A stretch of DNA of 63,295 bases, counting the filler, from Conidiobolus incongruus B7586 (taxonomy: Eukaryota): the NCBI GenBank assembly GCA_000697335.1. It is 29 parts of 29 records of this genome, joined end to end, with 100 filler letters (N's around TTAATTAATTAA, not from the genome) between each part and the next. Parts side by side here need not be neighbours in the genome. Positions count along the whole stretch, not along the records: positions 12,208 to 15,825 come from JNEM01000598.1; positions 15,926 to 18,216 come from JNEM01000599.1; positions 18,317 to 20,462 come from JNEM01000600.1; positions 20,563 to 23,276 come from JNEM01000601.1; positions 23,377 to 26,057 come from JNEM01000602.1; positions 26,158 to 28,998 come from JNEM01000605.1; 23 more parts are not named here. One strand, given 5' to 3'. Both the position numbers and the translations under genes were made by a program. Below, piece after piece: positions 12,336 to 26,200 of this stretch. A model generated the notes under the pieces. It was not told the origin of the DNA and searched no databases. It saw only the letters and a list, made by a program, of their open reading frames with translations. Within the stretch, counting starts at the first letter, position 1. The number at the start of each line of letters is the position of its first letter.

Positions 12336-15300
12336 TATACTAGATGGTTAATAAATTTATTAAACTAATTAAATAGAGTTAAGGAATAGAAAAAGCTAAA
12401 CTAAAAAAGATTAATTAATAAACTAACTATACTAGAGTCTACTTCTTTTTTTATGTATAAAATTATATTGTTTAACTATTTATAAGGGAATAAGTTGCAT
12501 TGTGATTTATGGGAATTCTGAGAGTTATTATTAATCTGTGACACTCCCTTTAAATTTTATTTTAATATAATAAAGTCTCTCTTTAAAATAATTAAAATTA
12601 TTTATTAAAGAATTTTTTAAAAGCTTTAAGATATTTAATATTTTCTTTATTCTCCCAAGTAACTTTTAAAAGGATAACTTTATTAATATATAAAGTATTT
12701 ATCTTAGTTTTAATAGATTCTATAAGTTATAATTTTATTAACAATATATATCTTATATTATAAGTCAACAAGAAAAAATTAGGAGTATATAGCATACTTA
12801 AAAAAATATCCCCTGGGGTTTTAATATAATTTTAATAACTTTACATAGAAAACAAGATGAATTCATAAGTTAAGAGATAAGATTAATTTATATATATCTA
12901 GATGTAATTTTTTGTTTTTAATAAAATAAGGTCTTAATTATTTAAGCAATAATTTATTAATAGGTTAATTAGAGTTTTAAAGGAAATTAATTCCATTTAA
13001 AGATAATAGTACTAAAGTATTAAAGGATAAAGTTAGGATAGGGTAAATATTTAAATTATAGTAATAAACTTGTTTATTTAAGATAAAGAGAATATAATCT
13101 TAAGTTACAAATAATAAAAAACATATATATTTTATGAAGTTTATAATATTAGATAAGGTATTAGTATTAGGTATTATATTTACAATAAAGGTAGGATATT
13201 AGTTATAATTTAAATGAAATAAAGTTATATTAGTAGATAAATTAATTAAACTATTAAAAATAAATTTAAATAGAAATAAATTTAAATTAAAATAAATTCT
13301 TAGTTTAATTTTTTATATTATAATTAAGATAAGATTTGAAAGCTTTTTTTAAGATATATATTATTTATTCAAATTAATCATCAGATTATTGATAACAAGA
13401 GATTGTTAGATTATATTAATAACTTAATAGTTTTATGAATAAAAAATAAAATTTACTTATGAATTTTATATTATGATTTATTATAATAATTGATAAAAGT
13501 TTATAATACTTAAAGATATTCTAACTAAAAAATTTGGTTATAGTTTTAAAGTTAGCTCTTTTATTAATTAACATAAAATATACTATTTTTGTTAAACAAT
13601 CTATAATAACAAGAATATAGTTAAAGTTATTTAAAATTAATAATACTTTAATAAAATCTATAATGATATTAGATTAATAAATTTAGGGAGTAAATAGTAA
13701 ATTAAGGTTATCAAAAGGGAATTAATTAGAAGGTTTGTTAATTTAACATTAATCATAAGAATAAATATACTTTTATATATCTTTTTTTATATTAAGTTAA
13801 TAAAAGTTACAAGAGAGTTTATAGTATATATAAAGTTAACTTTAGTAACCTAAAATTATAGAGCTATGATAAAAGTTTAATAGTTATAATTTAATACTTA
13901 AAATATAAAAAATATAGATATATAAATTATAATAAAATAAGTTATTATTATATGAATAATATTTTACAAAAGTTAAAATTAAAACATTTAAATTACAAAT
14001 ATAATTAATGATTTTTAAAATATAATCATCATTAAATAATATATTTTAAATATTATTTTATATAGTTAATTAAGGTTATTCTAAAGAAACATTGTTTAAC
14101 TTAACATAAACTAACTTTTACTTATTATAAATAAAAGTATAATTAAAATATTTAAAGATAAAATTAACAAAAGTATTAAATTTTCCTTTAATATAATAAA
14201 CATATAAGTTAAATCCTTAGAGAAATTTAATTTATAAAGATTAATATTTAGATAAATAAAGTTAATTATTAATTTATATGATAGATTTATAATTTATAAA
14301 TATATAGATAAATTAACCTAGTGTGTAATAATAGAAATATTTAAGGTATTTGATAATAACAAAAAGTTTTTATTTATAAACTAAGTAGTTTATTTTTGCA
14401 GAAGTTATTTTACAAGAATAAAATATAACAAAACAAAAATTAAAATGTTTTAAATTTAATAATTTGAGTGTTACTTTCTTCTTAACTTAATTTAAACAAG
14501 TAAGATTATAATTCAAAGAATTAAGTTAACTTAATTAATTATTAATAGCAAAGCTAAAAATATTTATAAATAAGATTATTAATAATAAAAAGTTAAAACT
14601 ATAAAGTATAAGGGTATTACTAACAATATTAATAATTATTAAATAAGTAAAATATTCAATAAGAGTTTATATTTATAAAAATAATTTATAAAATAAGTTA
14701 GTTAATGATAGAATAATTTTTATATAACTATTGATAAAGTTTTTAAAATAATTGATTATACCTAAAAATAAAATATGGGAATATTTATTAATAAGGATAA
14801 ATTAAGATTATATAGTTTTAGTTTTATCTAAATTAATTTTAATTCCATTAGAGGATATAATATAACTATAAAATAAAACTTCTAAAATAATAAAATAATA
14901 TTTTAATAATTTAAGAGATAGTAAATATTTATAAAAGATTTAAAATCATACTTAATATATTTTTAATATTCTAATTAAATTTAAAAAAAACTAGAATATT
15001 ATTAAAATAAAAAATAACAAAGATATCTTAAGTTTTAAAGAAAATTATATTTATTAAATATAATTAAAAGGATTAAATCAAGGTATATAGTTATATTATA
15101 ATAACTATTACATATATTCAATTTAATAAAATATTTACAATTTAAGATTTAATTACATAGTTTTAATAAGTTAAATAATGGTGTATAATCTTTAATGGTT
15201 AATTTGTTTAAAATATAAAAGTTAACATAAAATCTTAAATCTTTATTTTTTTTAATAAATAAAATAAAAGATCCTTATAGGGAAATAAAGGGATAAATAT

Positions 15301-15825
15301 AACCTTTTTCTAATAGTTAAGTAATAGTTTCTTTTAGTAATTTATTTTCTTCAGCTAATATGTAATAAATTAAATCATGAATAAAAATAGAATTAAAGGT
15401 TAATTTAATTTTATAAGGTATATTTCTCTTAAAAAAATAAGTTTTAAGGTTAGAAAATATCTGAATATAATATTATTATATTATGTAATAGGTTATTTAA
15501 AGATATAAAATTGAGATTAAGATTGTTAAAGTTTAATTAAAATATAACTAAATTAACCAAAATTATATTAAAAAATATAAAGTTAGTAATGAGTAATTGT
15601 TTAGTAAATATTTTATAAAATATAATAATAGAATTAATTTTGATAATAAGAGTTAAGTTATTATTAACAAAAAGATTAAAATGAAAATTATTTAAAATTT
15701 ATAATATAACAATAGCATTTTGAGTAATAATAATAAAGATAGATTTATAATAAAATATAAAGGATAAATTTTTATTAAAATAGTTAATAGTAAATAAAAT
15801 ATATAATTTAATTTAATTTATATTT
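12336..15825 (-). mobile_element. Degenerate Ty3/gypsy (chromovirus-like) retrotransposon, family 2: RT-RH-IN-chromodomain, PPT and 3' LTR; 5' part cut by the contig end
   Basis: Minus-strand remnants: LEKGYIxPxISx*GS (~15280), LRFYVNFYILNKLTIKDYTPL (= LRFCVDFRxLNKLTIKD, ~15200), integrase QSDGQxER-like (~13380), IHLVFYVKLLK (= IHPVFHV, ~12850) and chromodomain-like KYFIx(W)xxYP..TWENKENI (~12640-12700). Polypurine tract AAAGGGAG (12544-12551) abuts the LTR at 12336-12543. Confidence 0.88.
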
Positions 15826-18316
15826 NNNNNNNNNNNNNNNNNNNNNNNNNNNNNNNNNNNNNNNNNNNNTTAATTAATTAANNNNNNNNNNNNNNNNNNN
15901 NNNNNNNNNNNNNNNNNNNNNNNNNAATTTGACCCAACTTTTACTTTTTTATTATATTAATAAAGTTATATACAATTATTATATATCTTTATAATATTAT
16001 ATCTACAATCTAATTATCCATCCTAATTTAATAATTAAACTAATATTAATTCTATTATAAGCAATTTTAATCAATATATTATTAAATGATACTTTTTGTT
16101 AGATTTTAACCAAATCTTATATTATTTATTAAATTAATTATTAAAGCCCAAAATTTATAATCAGTAGAAAAAAATTTCTGTTTATATTTTATTATAATAT
16201 CTTAATAGAAAATTTTAAGAAATATAATATTTATAAGTTCAAAAGCAAGGCTAATATATAATTTACTTAATTATATTATCAGTATTTTTCTAGCAACAAT
16301 CTTAAATAATAAATCTCATTATAAAATACAAAATAATTATTTATCCAAAGAATTATAAATTAGTTAATTATCAAAATTGATAAATATATTTTAATATATT
16401 TGATTGATATTAAATATACATTATGTCAAAAAATTGTCCTTTAATAAAATTAATTATTTCTTTATCCAAATTTTAATAAAAGTAATAATAATTACCAGAT
16501 ATTTATTATATAGTACTTTTAAACTAAAAAACTCTATTAATAATTAGTTAATGGATTATGAATATAAAATATATAAAGTAATTTTCAATAACTAAATATA
16601 AGAGCTATAATTTGATTTTCAAAAGTATATACACATATCATTTATTTATAACTATATATTATTTATAATAGCTTTTAAATAGATAATTCTATTAATTAAT
16701 AAATTATTTAAAAACTTATAATAATATTTATAATGTGATATTGTAAAAAAAAACAAAATCCTCCTTTTAATATCACCGAACATTCAAAAAGTTATGAAAT
16801 TAATTAGTTTAATATTTTTGATTATATATACGATTTCAGAAAAATGATTAAATAGATTAAATAAGAGTATATATAGTTCTAGTTTATATATAAAATTATA
16901 TATAGTGATATAAAGTATTTTATAACTATAAATTTACTGTTAAATGTTTTTTAATTGGGTGATATTTCAACCAAATATTGATCATCTTTTATACTATAAT
17001 AATTAACTAATATAAACGCAAATTACTTGAAATTATGAAAATACGCATATTAAATAGGTGAAACTTTAATTAAATCAGATATTTATTGATAGAGAAATAG
17101 TTTCAAATTGCAATAAAAGCTATTTATAACTTATCCAAATATATTATATTAATATTACCTTTTATTCTTTTTTATTTAATAATAGGTTAAAATATCAATC
17201 TTTAGGTATCCGTTTATTTTGGATAGAATTTTTTTATCTAATATAACAATAATTATCCAAGTATAATAGAGATAATTAAATTTTAAATTATTTTGTTTAA
17301 TAAATATACCAAATATATAATTTATTATTTGAAAATATTATAGTAGTATTATTCTAGCCATTCATATTTTAAAATGGTATTATTATAAGCCAAAACTTAT
17401 AAAATAGATAATAATAGCTTATAAATTAAAACTCTCTATATTTTCCTTTATAAAAATAATATTAAAATTTCAGATAGGTTAAAAATATCTTTTTTATGAA
17501 ATCCTATCAATTAGTATTTGGTTTATAAAATAAATTAACTTTTTTGATTAATATTACTAAAATATATAATCTATATATATATTTATAATTAAATAGAAAA
17601 CCATAATAAATATGAAAGTTTATTTATAAAATATTATATTAATTGATATTTTTAATATAATCTGAATGAGTCTATAATTTAATATATTTCATTATTAATA
17701 TATATATTAAATATTAAAAATAGTTTAAATTAATATTATTAAATAAAATAATTATATTTATTATATTGACTAAAATAAATATATTTCAATATAGCTGTTT
17801 TATTTTTTTAAGCAATTTTCTTATAAAGAAGAAAAAATTAAATATTTATTTTATAATATTTTAATAAAAAAAATTAAATAAGTTAAATTAAGGAATATAT
17901 ATTAGAAAATAAAAAACTTTTATAAATATATCAAATTAACATTAATAAAAAGAGAGAATAAAAATTGAATAATTTATGTTTATATTTATTAATTATATAT
18001 TTAATAAGCTATATATATTCAATCTTAATATATTTTATTTTTATAAAAATTATTAAATTTTATTTATTTAGAAATATATATATATTTTGGTTTTTGATAA
18101 AATAAACTATTTTATAATTATTGATAATTTGCTAAATATATAATATAAACTATTATTTATAGAAAATATTTATAGTCTTATATTATATAATAATGAATAT
18201 AGGTGTTATATATAAANNNNNNNNNNNNNNNNNNNNNNNNNNNNNNNNNNNNNNNNNNNNTTAATTAATTAANNNNNNNNNNNNNNNNNNNNNNNNNNNN
18301 NNNNNNNNNNNNNNNN

Positions 18317-18627
18317 GAACTATCATATTTAATATATTTCTTAGAATATAACCTATATAATTATAATTATTTTAGGTAATTAAAAAACTATCTTATAAGA
18401 GAGAAAATTTGATAAAAAAATTTAATTAATTTATGAAATATCAAATTTTAGTCTTTAATAAGAGAAATATTTTTTATGACTTAAAAGCATCAAAAGAATA
18501 AAAAAAATTATTAAAAATAAAAAAAACTAATAATTTTATATAATATTATTATTTTATAAATTTTATATCAAAATATATCTTTATTTTGAATTACAAAAAA
18601 ATTTCCATTATTTAAAATATAGAGTAA
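18317..18627 (+). mobile_element. Mariner family 3' fragment with right TIR
   Basis: Degenerate ELPHPxYSPDYNPCDYN region. Ends ...TTTCCATTATTTAAAATATAGAGTAA followed by TA. Confidence 0.8.
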
Positions 18628-21185
18628 TATTAGGTTAATGAAAAAATCATAATTATAAACTATTTTTATATTCTAGATAGTCTTAAAATCCATGGTTAAG
18701 CTATATTATTAATTAAAAAATAATTTCTAGAGATTAGATATAGGTTTAAATATAGATAATTTAAATATTGAGATTTCAAAAAATAAATTTTTATTAAAAA
18801 ATATTCTATAAAAATATATAGTATATGAAGATATATTTCTTCTTACTTATTCATTCTTTTTTATAATAATGATAATATATTTGAAAATTGAAAATTAAAA
18901 AATCATTCATTTATTTGATCCAAAGTTAATTATTTATTATAATAGGATTTTATTCTATTTTAATTAATAAATTTAAATCATTAAAAGAAATATAGCTTAT
19001 TTTTAATTTTTATCGACTAAAATTCTCATTGAAATAGGATCATTTTGAAATAAATTATATGATCAAACTAAATTAATATTCAAAATTCTCATTTATACAA
19101 ATATTTTGCATTTACTAGGATATAAGAAATTATATATATTTATTATTATATGTCGAATAATATCAGTCATAACACTCAATATCTTTATCATATAAAATAT
19201 TATTAGATTCAATAGAAATATTAAAATTATCTAACAATAGCTAAGAAGTAATGATATTAATCAAAATGTTCGAATTTGTTGCATTGCTGAAAATAATCTG
19301 ATTAGCTTGTAATATTCGAATTTTACATACCTATTAACTATGAAATGAAATATAAGAGTACTGAAATTATTCTTCTCACCATTGAAACATAATATATTAT
19401 TAGTGATATTGGATTATGAAGTATTTTTTAACGAAATTTATAACTATAAAGAATATTTTAAAATTTAAATAGCTTTTATAGCTATAGAAAAGAAAAAATA
19501 TAATGAGCTGTATTTTAAAAAAGGAAATAGCTTAGTCAAATAGATATCGAATATATTTGTATTAGTAAATTATTAGAACTTCAATCGAACCAGAATATAA
19601 CTTTTTAATTTATTTTAAAGGATTTTTATTCAACAAAATATATAATTGCTTGATTATTAAATAAGATTAATTTTATCTAAGGAGATCTATATATTATAAT
19701 ATATAAAATAAAATATTCTGTTTATTATTCAAAATTTAATTTATTATTACCAATATGTTGTTATATAAACCCTGAAATTTTAAATAGCTAAAAACTAATA
19801 ATATATTATATTTCTAAAAATAATTAAGAATTAAAAAAATCTATGATGATATTTTGAAAAAAAATATTCTAATTATTAAAAATTAAAGAAATTAATGGTT
19901 TTGAAAGATTAATATTATATATATAAATATAGAAAATCTCAATTTAATATTTTAGATATTATTTTGCATTATTTCTGTATTAAGATATTATTAATTAATA
20001 ATTTAAGATTATATTTAACTATACTCATACTAAATAATGATAATGAATTAATTTTATTTTATAATTATCAAAATATAACTATAAATGCTCTAAATATATT
20101 AACAACTTATTGGAAATATATAAAGATAATTTTTCATTCAAAATGATGATTTATTACCAAATTTTCTATTTTAAAATTACAAAAGACATTATTTCAAATT
20201 TATTTAAATCTAAAAATCAATTTGGATTCTTATTTTCTGATTTATTAATAAATTAAAAAATTTATAAGAAGATAATTAAACAATTTAACTAAATAATACC
20301 TAAATAATTATTAAAAATTAATTAATATATAAAGTTTTTACCTGGATTAATAAATTATAAAATTAAATTATTATTTTTATTTTAATAAAATTTTTCAAAA
20401 ACTATAATAACTATGGTTAAATATCTTTTATTAAAATATAACTTGGGATATATATTAATGATNNNNNNNNNNNNNNNNNNNNNNNNNNNNNNNNNNNNNN
20501 NNNNNNTTAATTAATTAANNNNNNNNNNNNNNNNNNNNNNNNNNNNNNNNNNNNNNNNNNNNTTTAAAAAAAATTTTTTTTAAAAACTAGAATTTAATAT
20601 TTTATAAACTATTTTAATTTATTTATAGGAAATTTTTATCTATAAGCTATTTTTTTAATTATTTAAAACAATTATAATTATATAAGTTATAATCAAATAA
20701 ATATATTAAATATAATAACTCCTTTTAATTTTTTTATATAAATAGTCTTTTATAGCTTTAACTATATATTTTATAATTATCATGTAAAATAATAAGTATC
20801 TTTAATTTATATTAAGGATATTATTTAAAAATTGTTTGATTTAAAAAGGTAAAATATAATTTATTATTAATTGATTTTCCTTGAGATATTAAATAAAAAA
20901 ACTATATATCATTATAATCCATTATAATAATTAATATTTGTATATATTTAAAGTATTTATTCATTGGAATTTATAAAAGGGATTAATTTAGCTTAACCTA
21001 AAATCTTGTTTTATTTTTAAGTAAAAAATTATATAAGAGAATTTAAGATTTATTAATTATAAGTATTTGTTATAAAAACCTTTATTTTTGGTTATATTTT
21101 AATAAGTTTAGTTTAGCAATAGTTATTCTTTTTTTTTAAGCTTTTGTTAAATTATAAAATATCTATTTTATATTTTTATTAATTA

Positions 21186-22505
21186 TTACCTTAAATTTGA
21201 AGTAATGGGAAATTTTTTGATTTTTGATTTTTCAAACATATTATTAATTTGAAATAAATAAATATATACAAAGATAATAAAAAATTATATTTTTTTAAAA
21301 TATATATATATATATATTTATAATAAATTTTTTGATTAAAAAATTAATTTTTTAAAATTAGTTGTTTAATTTAATCATATTTAAACTAAATAATAATCAT
21401 CAAAAGTTTTTTATTTTAGTATTAATTAAGCTTAACTATAAACCCTCTAAAATTACTTAAAATTTATAAGCAGCTTTTAGTAATAAAATATTATCTAAAT
21501 TAATAATTTTTTACTAGGTAAATTATTTTAAGGTTAAAAAAGAAATTATCTAAAACTTGCTAAAATCTAAAAAACCAACTTTAATTGTTATTTTTTTAAT
21601 TATTAATAAAGTAAAAAAATATATTAAAAAGCACCTTTTTATTTCAGCTAGAGAATTATCTAAGCACTTTAATATTAGTTTTATAAGTATTATATATATA
21701 TTAAAATTTAAACTCATATTAATAAATAAAAATATAAAATAGGTATCTTAAAATTTAATTAAAGCTTAGAAAAAAGCTAGAGTAGTTATTGATAAATAAA
21801 ACTTATTAAAATATTACTAGAAGCTTAAACTTTTACAGTGAATAATTACAATAGATGAATCTTAAATTTTTATATATAATCCTTTATTAAAACACAAATC
21901 AAAATGCTAAATTAAGTTAAATTAACCCCCTTTACAAATCCCTTTAAATATATATTTTATTAATAAGCAAATGGTAATTATTATAATAAATTATAATGAT
22001 ATATGCTACTTTTATTTAGTTTTTCAATGAAAATCAATTAATAGTAAACTTAATATTGTTTATTTAAATAAAAATATTTTTAATTAGTGTTCTCAATATA
22101 ATTTAAGAAGACTTATTATTTTACATGATAATTGTAAAATATATAAATCTAAAGCTATAAAACACTTTCTAATTAAAAATAACTGGAAAAAACTACCATA
22201 TCTAGTATAATCCTTAAATTATAACTTATATGATTATAATTACTTTAAACAATTAAAAAACCAGCTTATAAAAAAGAAAATTTTTATAAGAAAATTTAAT
22301 TAGTTTGTGAAATATCAAATTTTAATCCTTAATAAAAAGAATTGTTCTTTAGGTATTAAATCTTTGCTAAAAATATAGCAAAAAGTTATTAATAATAAAT
22401 AAAACTATTAAATTTATATTAAATATTTATTTTTATGTATTATATATTAAAATATTTATTTATTATAAATTACAAAAAATTCCCATTATTAAAAAAATAG
22501 AATAA
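21186..22505 (+). mobile_element. Full-length mariner (DD34D) element, 1320 bp, with TA target-site duplication
   Basis: TA at 21184-21185 and 22506-22507. Imperfect ~30 bp TIRs with core TAATGGGAA(A)TTTTT. Contains the transposase relic at 21377-22411. Confidence 0.88.
21377..22411 (+). pseudogene. Mariner transposase pseudogene (~345 codons)
   Basis: ATG is mutated to ATA here but retained in the minus copy at 50539-50541. Cross-copy consensus gives WVPHNL-like, IITIDESW, ILHDN and LPHPxYSPDYNPCD, with 34 residues between the last two catalytic Asp. Track ORF 21557-21742 is a remnant of it. Confidence 0.85.
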
Positions 22506-22692
22506 TAATCTAAGTTTAGACTTTAGTAAATATAACATGCTTATATAATTAATATTAAATTACTTTGATAGTTTTTTAATAAAAATAGAAAGGTATTTCT
22601 TAATATATTTTTTATTTTATTAATCAGTGAAAAAATAATAATAGAAATTAATCTTTTAAATTTAGGCAAATTTTAAATAATATCCTTTCTAG

Positions 22693-23026
22693 TGTTATAG
22701 ATCAAAAGGTCTGCTTGCCTTTTAATTTTAATTTTCTATCAAGATTCCAGATGTAATCCACTTACAAATATCAGGAACAACCCTTGCATAATGGAAAATT
22801 CCAGACTATAGCAGAAGCTAAAGCCTTAACATATTGGCCAAGGATCAACCACACTATAAAATAGTTATTGGACAGATATTTGCTAAAGGATCATTTTGAT
22901 CAGGGCTAAACCCTAAATCTTGTTATTTTAATAAAACTTCTCTAAAGTATCTAGTTAGCCATCTTTAGCCTATTTCATCAAGCTCATGTGATCTTTATCA
23001 CAAAACTATTTTCTAGAAGCCTTGCA
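22693..23026. mobile_element. Solo LTR-like insertion (334 bp, TG...CA) with 4-bp TSD CTAG
   Basis: Starts TGTTA and ends TTGCA, with CTAG at 22689-22692 and 23027-23030. The empty site TATCCTTTCTAGCTTTAAAAT is seen (reverse complement) near 56280. Confidence 0.8.
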
Positions 23027-23242
23027 CTAGCTTTAAAATCACAAATCTAGCAATATATGGTAATTTTAGATAAAACACCATCTTTATAAGTTATTTGCAA
23101 GTTTAAAATTATTTTAGAGGGTTTATAGTTAGGTTTTAAAAATATAAAAATAAAAGCCTTTTGATAATTATAATCAAGTTTAAGTATAATTAAATTTAAG
23201 TGTAAATTTTAAAATCAAAATATTTTAATAAAAAAATATTTA

Positions 23243-23276
<34 letters not shown>

Positions 23277-26200
23277 NNNNNNNNNNNNNNNNNNNNNNNN
23301 NNNNNNNNNNNNNNNNNNNNTTAATTAATTAANNNNNNNNNNNNNNNNNNNNNNNNNNNNNNNNNNNNNNNNNNNNAAAATAATTATTCGAAAAATATTT
23401 TATTAATATTAATAATAAATCCTATAAAAATAAAATATCAAACTATTATTATTGATATAAAATAAAATACTAACAATAAATTTTGATAATTTTATTTTCA
23501 CTTTATAATTAAAAAAATAATGATTAATTAAATTTGAATGGATTAATATTAATAAAGTTTAAAAAATATAGAATTATTATTGATTAATTTGAATAAAGTA
23601 TTTTATCTATTGAAAAGTCAAAGACAAAAATATTCATTATATTCTGGTAAAAAAATCAAAAAATAGTAATTATTGAATTGCGATGAATAAAATATATTGA
23701 AAAATATTAAAAATTAAATTGACATCAATGTTTCGATAATTAAAATTAATAAATATTAATGAAGAATGAGTGTAATATTTAAAATATTTTTAGAATTTAT
23801 TAGTTATTATCCTTATATTTAATTTTTAATTCATATTTTTCTAATTTTGAATAAGTTAATTCAGATATTATATATTATTATCATTTTTATTTACTTTATA
23901 AAATACTGTTATTATATATTGATATTATTAATACAATATATATTTTTAATTTAAAATTATAAGGAATGTTTATAAATATTTTAATAACAGCCTAACCTAT
24001 AAAATTAAATCGCAGTATTCAGATTAATTAATTAAAATATTTCCTTGATTCGGGTGAGTAATATTTAAACATAATTTTAATTTTCAATCTAATACAAAAT
24101 TTAATATTCCAATAAAACTATTGGTAGTATTCTCAAATTTTATATAAAGGTATTGAAATATAATATAATAACTTAAAATAATTAATCAAAATTTTAATTT
24201 AGACTTTCAAATATATATATGATTTTAAGATTTAAAAATTTTGAATCAAAACCATTTATTAAATATTTTAAATAAAATTAAAAAATAAGTAAATAAAAAA
24301 TAATATTATATTTGACAAAATTATTTTAAATGTAATCAAAATTTGTTTTGTGATATAATCATAATCGTTATAATTATATTTATAAATTTATTACGTAAAA
24401 AACTATTGTTTTTGAAAATAATATTAAACAAATTAATAAAACAGCACAAAATATTTATTACATAATTTCATATCAAAAATATTAATTTTTTAAATTAATG
24501 ATATATATCAAACAAAATTTAAAAAGGTTATATTTATAGTAGCTAAATTCAAATCGGAATTTTAATAAATTTATTTATTTATATTGATTTAATCCAATAT
24601 TAATATTTTAAATATAATAAAAAAATTTCAAAAATGAAAAAAATATAATTATGATCTATTATATTTAGATTTTTATTTTAAAATATCAATATCAAATAAT
24701 TTAAAGACTTATATTTTCACAACTATATTTCACAATAAGTTATTATCATGTTAATAAAGAAATATACTTAAGAGAATATAACTCATTCATTTTGGTTATA
24801 AATTTTACCATCAATTTTGAAAAACTGCACTTATACTATTTATACATAACATTTAATATAAATTTTTTTATCAATTATTACAATGGCATTAATAATAATT
24901 TTAAATTTATTTCAAAAATTTTGTAATTATCAGCATGGTACCTGAGAATATATTATTTTGTATTAAAATATATTTGAAATATGATATGAAATTTGATAAA
25001 CAATTTTTCAATAAATAAAATTGATTATCAAAATCCAAATTTTAATATCCTATGTAATTTTATTAACTTAATATACTCTATCCAATTTAACGTTTGCACA
25101 AAGCAATTTTGATTATTAATTATTAAATTATGTTTTTTACAATATTCTTCATTAAATCTATTTTCAATTATATTATATTTTTTGTAATAATTATATATCA
25201 ATTGTTAATTCAAAATATCAATTATTAAATAAGTAAGGAGATTAAATTAGAAAAATATATGAGAATTATTTATCAAAATATAATAATGATAATTAAATTT
25301 ATTATTATTCAATGGTATTTTATTATCTGTTGCTAAATATTAGTTTTGAACATAAAAATGATATTACGGGTAATCAATATGAAATTAATTTTATTTAAAA
25401 ATTATTCTAATAAAATCTTGCCTATATTATATACTTGTCAAATGTATTTATTAACAAGTATAAAAAAATTTAATCAAACACAATTTATATTTTATTTTTT
25501 TTTCTAATATCAGAATTAATTAAAAAATTTTATAAAATATGTTAATTTTAATATAATTTCATATAAAGAGTGAAATTAAAATATATTCATTTTATATTGA
25601 TAATCCTTATATTATAAACTTTTTTGATTTTTATACTAGACGTAGAAATTATTTTTTCAGATTAAATTTTGATCAATATTTGATATAATATATTCTAAAT
25701 ATCAAAAAAAAATATTGCTGTGTAATTTTAAATAATTTTTAAATTAAAATCTTCATTATAAATCTGAATTAATAATAAACTTTTTTAATAATATTTGATT
25801 TTTAATTTAACTAATTAACAAAATAATTAATTTTATGAAGTATTAATATTATTATCAACTTGTATAAAGAAATTGGAATTATATTCAAATAACTATCAAA
25901 TTGCTTATTTAAATTAGAATATTTATATATTGAATTTGATATTTAATTTGAATAGAAAAATTGAAAAATTATACAAATTTTCTAATCTATAACAATCATA
26001 TAAATTCAAATTGTTTTCAAAGATATTATTAGAAGAAAAATATAATTTTATTAAAAANNNNNNNNNNNNNNNNNNNNNNNNNNNNNNNNNNNNNNNNNNN
26101 NTTAATTAATTAANNNNNNNNNNNNNNNNNNNNNNNNNNNNNNNNNNNNNNNNNNNNAATTTTTTAAATTTTAATAATATAATGATTTTAATTTTATTAT

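Larger units (their letters stand above)
20563..23276 (-). mobile_element. Mariner copy (host) interrupted by a second mariner (21186-22505) and a solo LTR (22693-23026)
   Basis: Segments 20563-21185, 22506-22692 and 23027-23276 rejoin into a sequence collinear with the uninterrupted copy at 56014-57216. Confidence 0.85.

Noticed and set aside
19964..20146. 60-aa ORF, and a possible F-box/LRR-like pseudogene across ~19050-20400
   Set aside because: I/L/N/Y-rich composition is expected from AT-rich DNA, and no motif could be supported with confidence.
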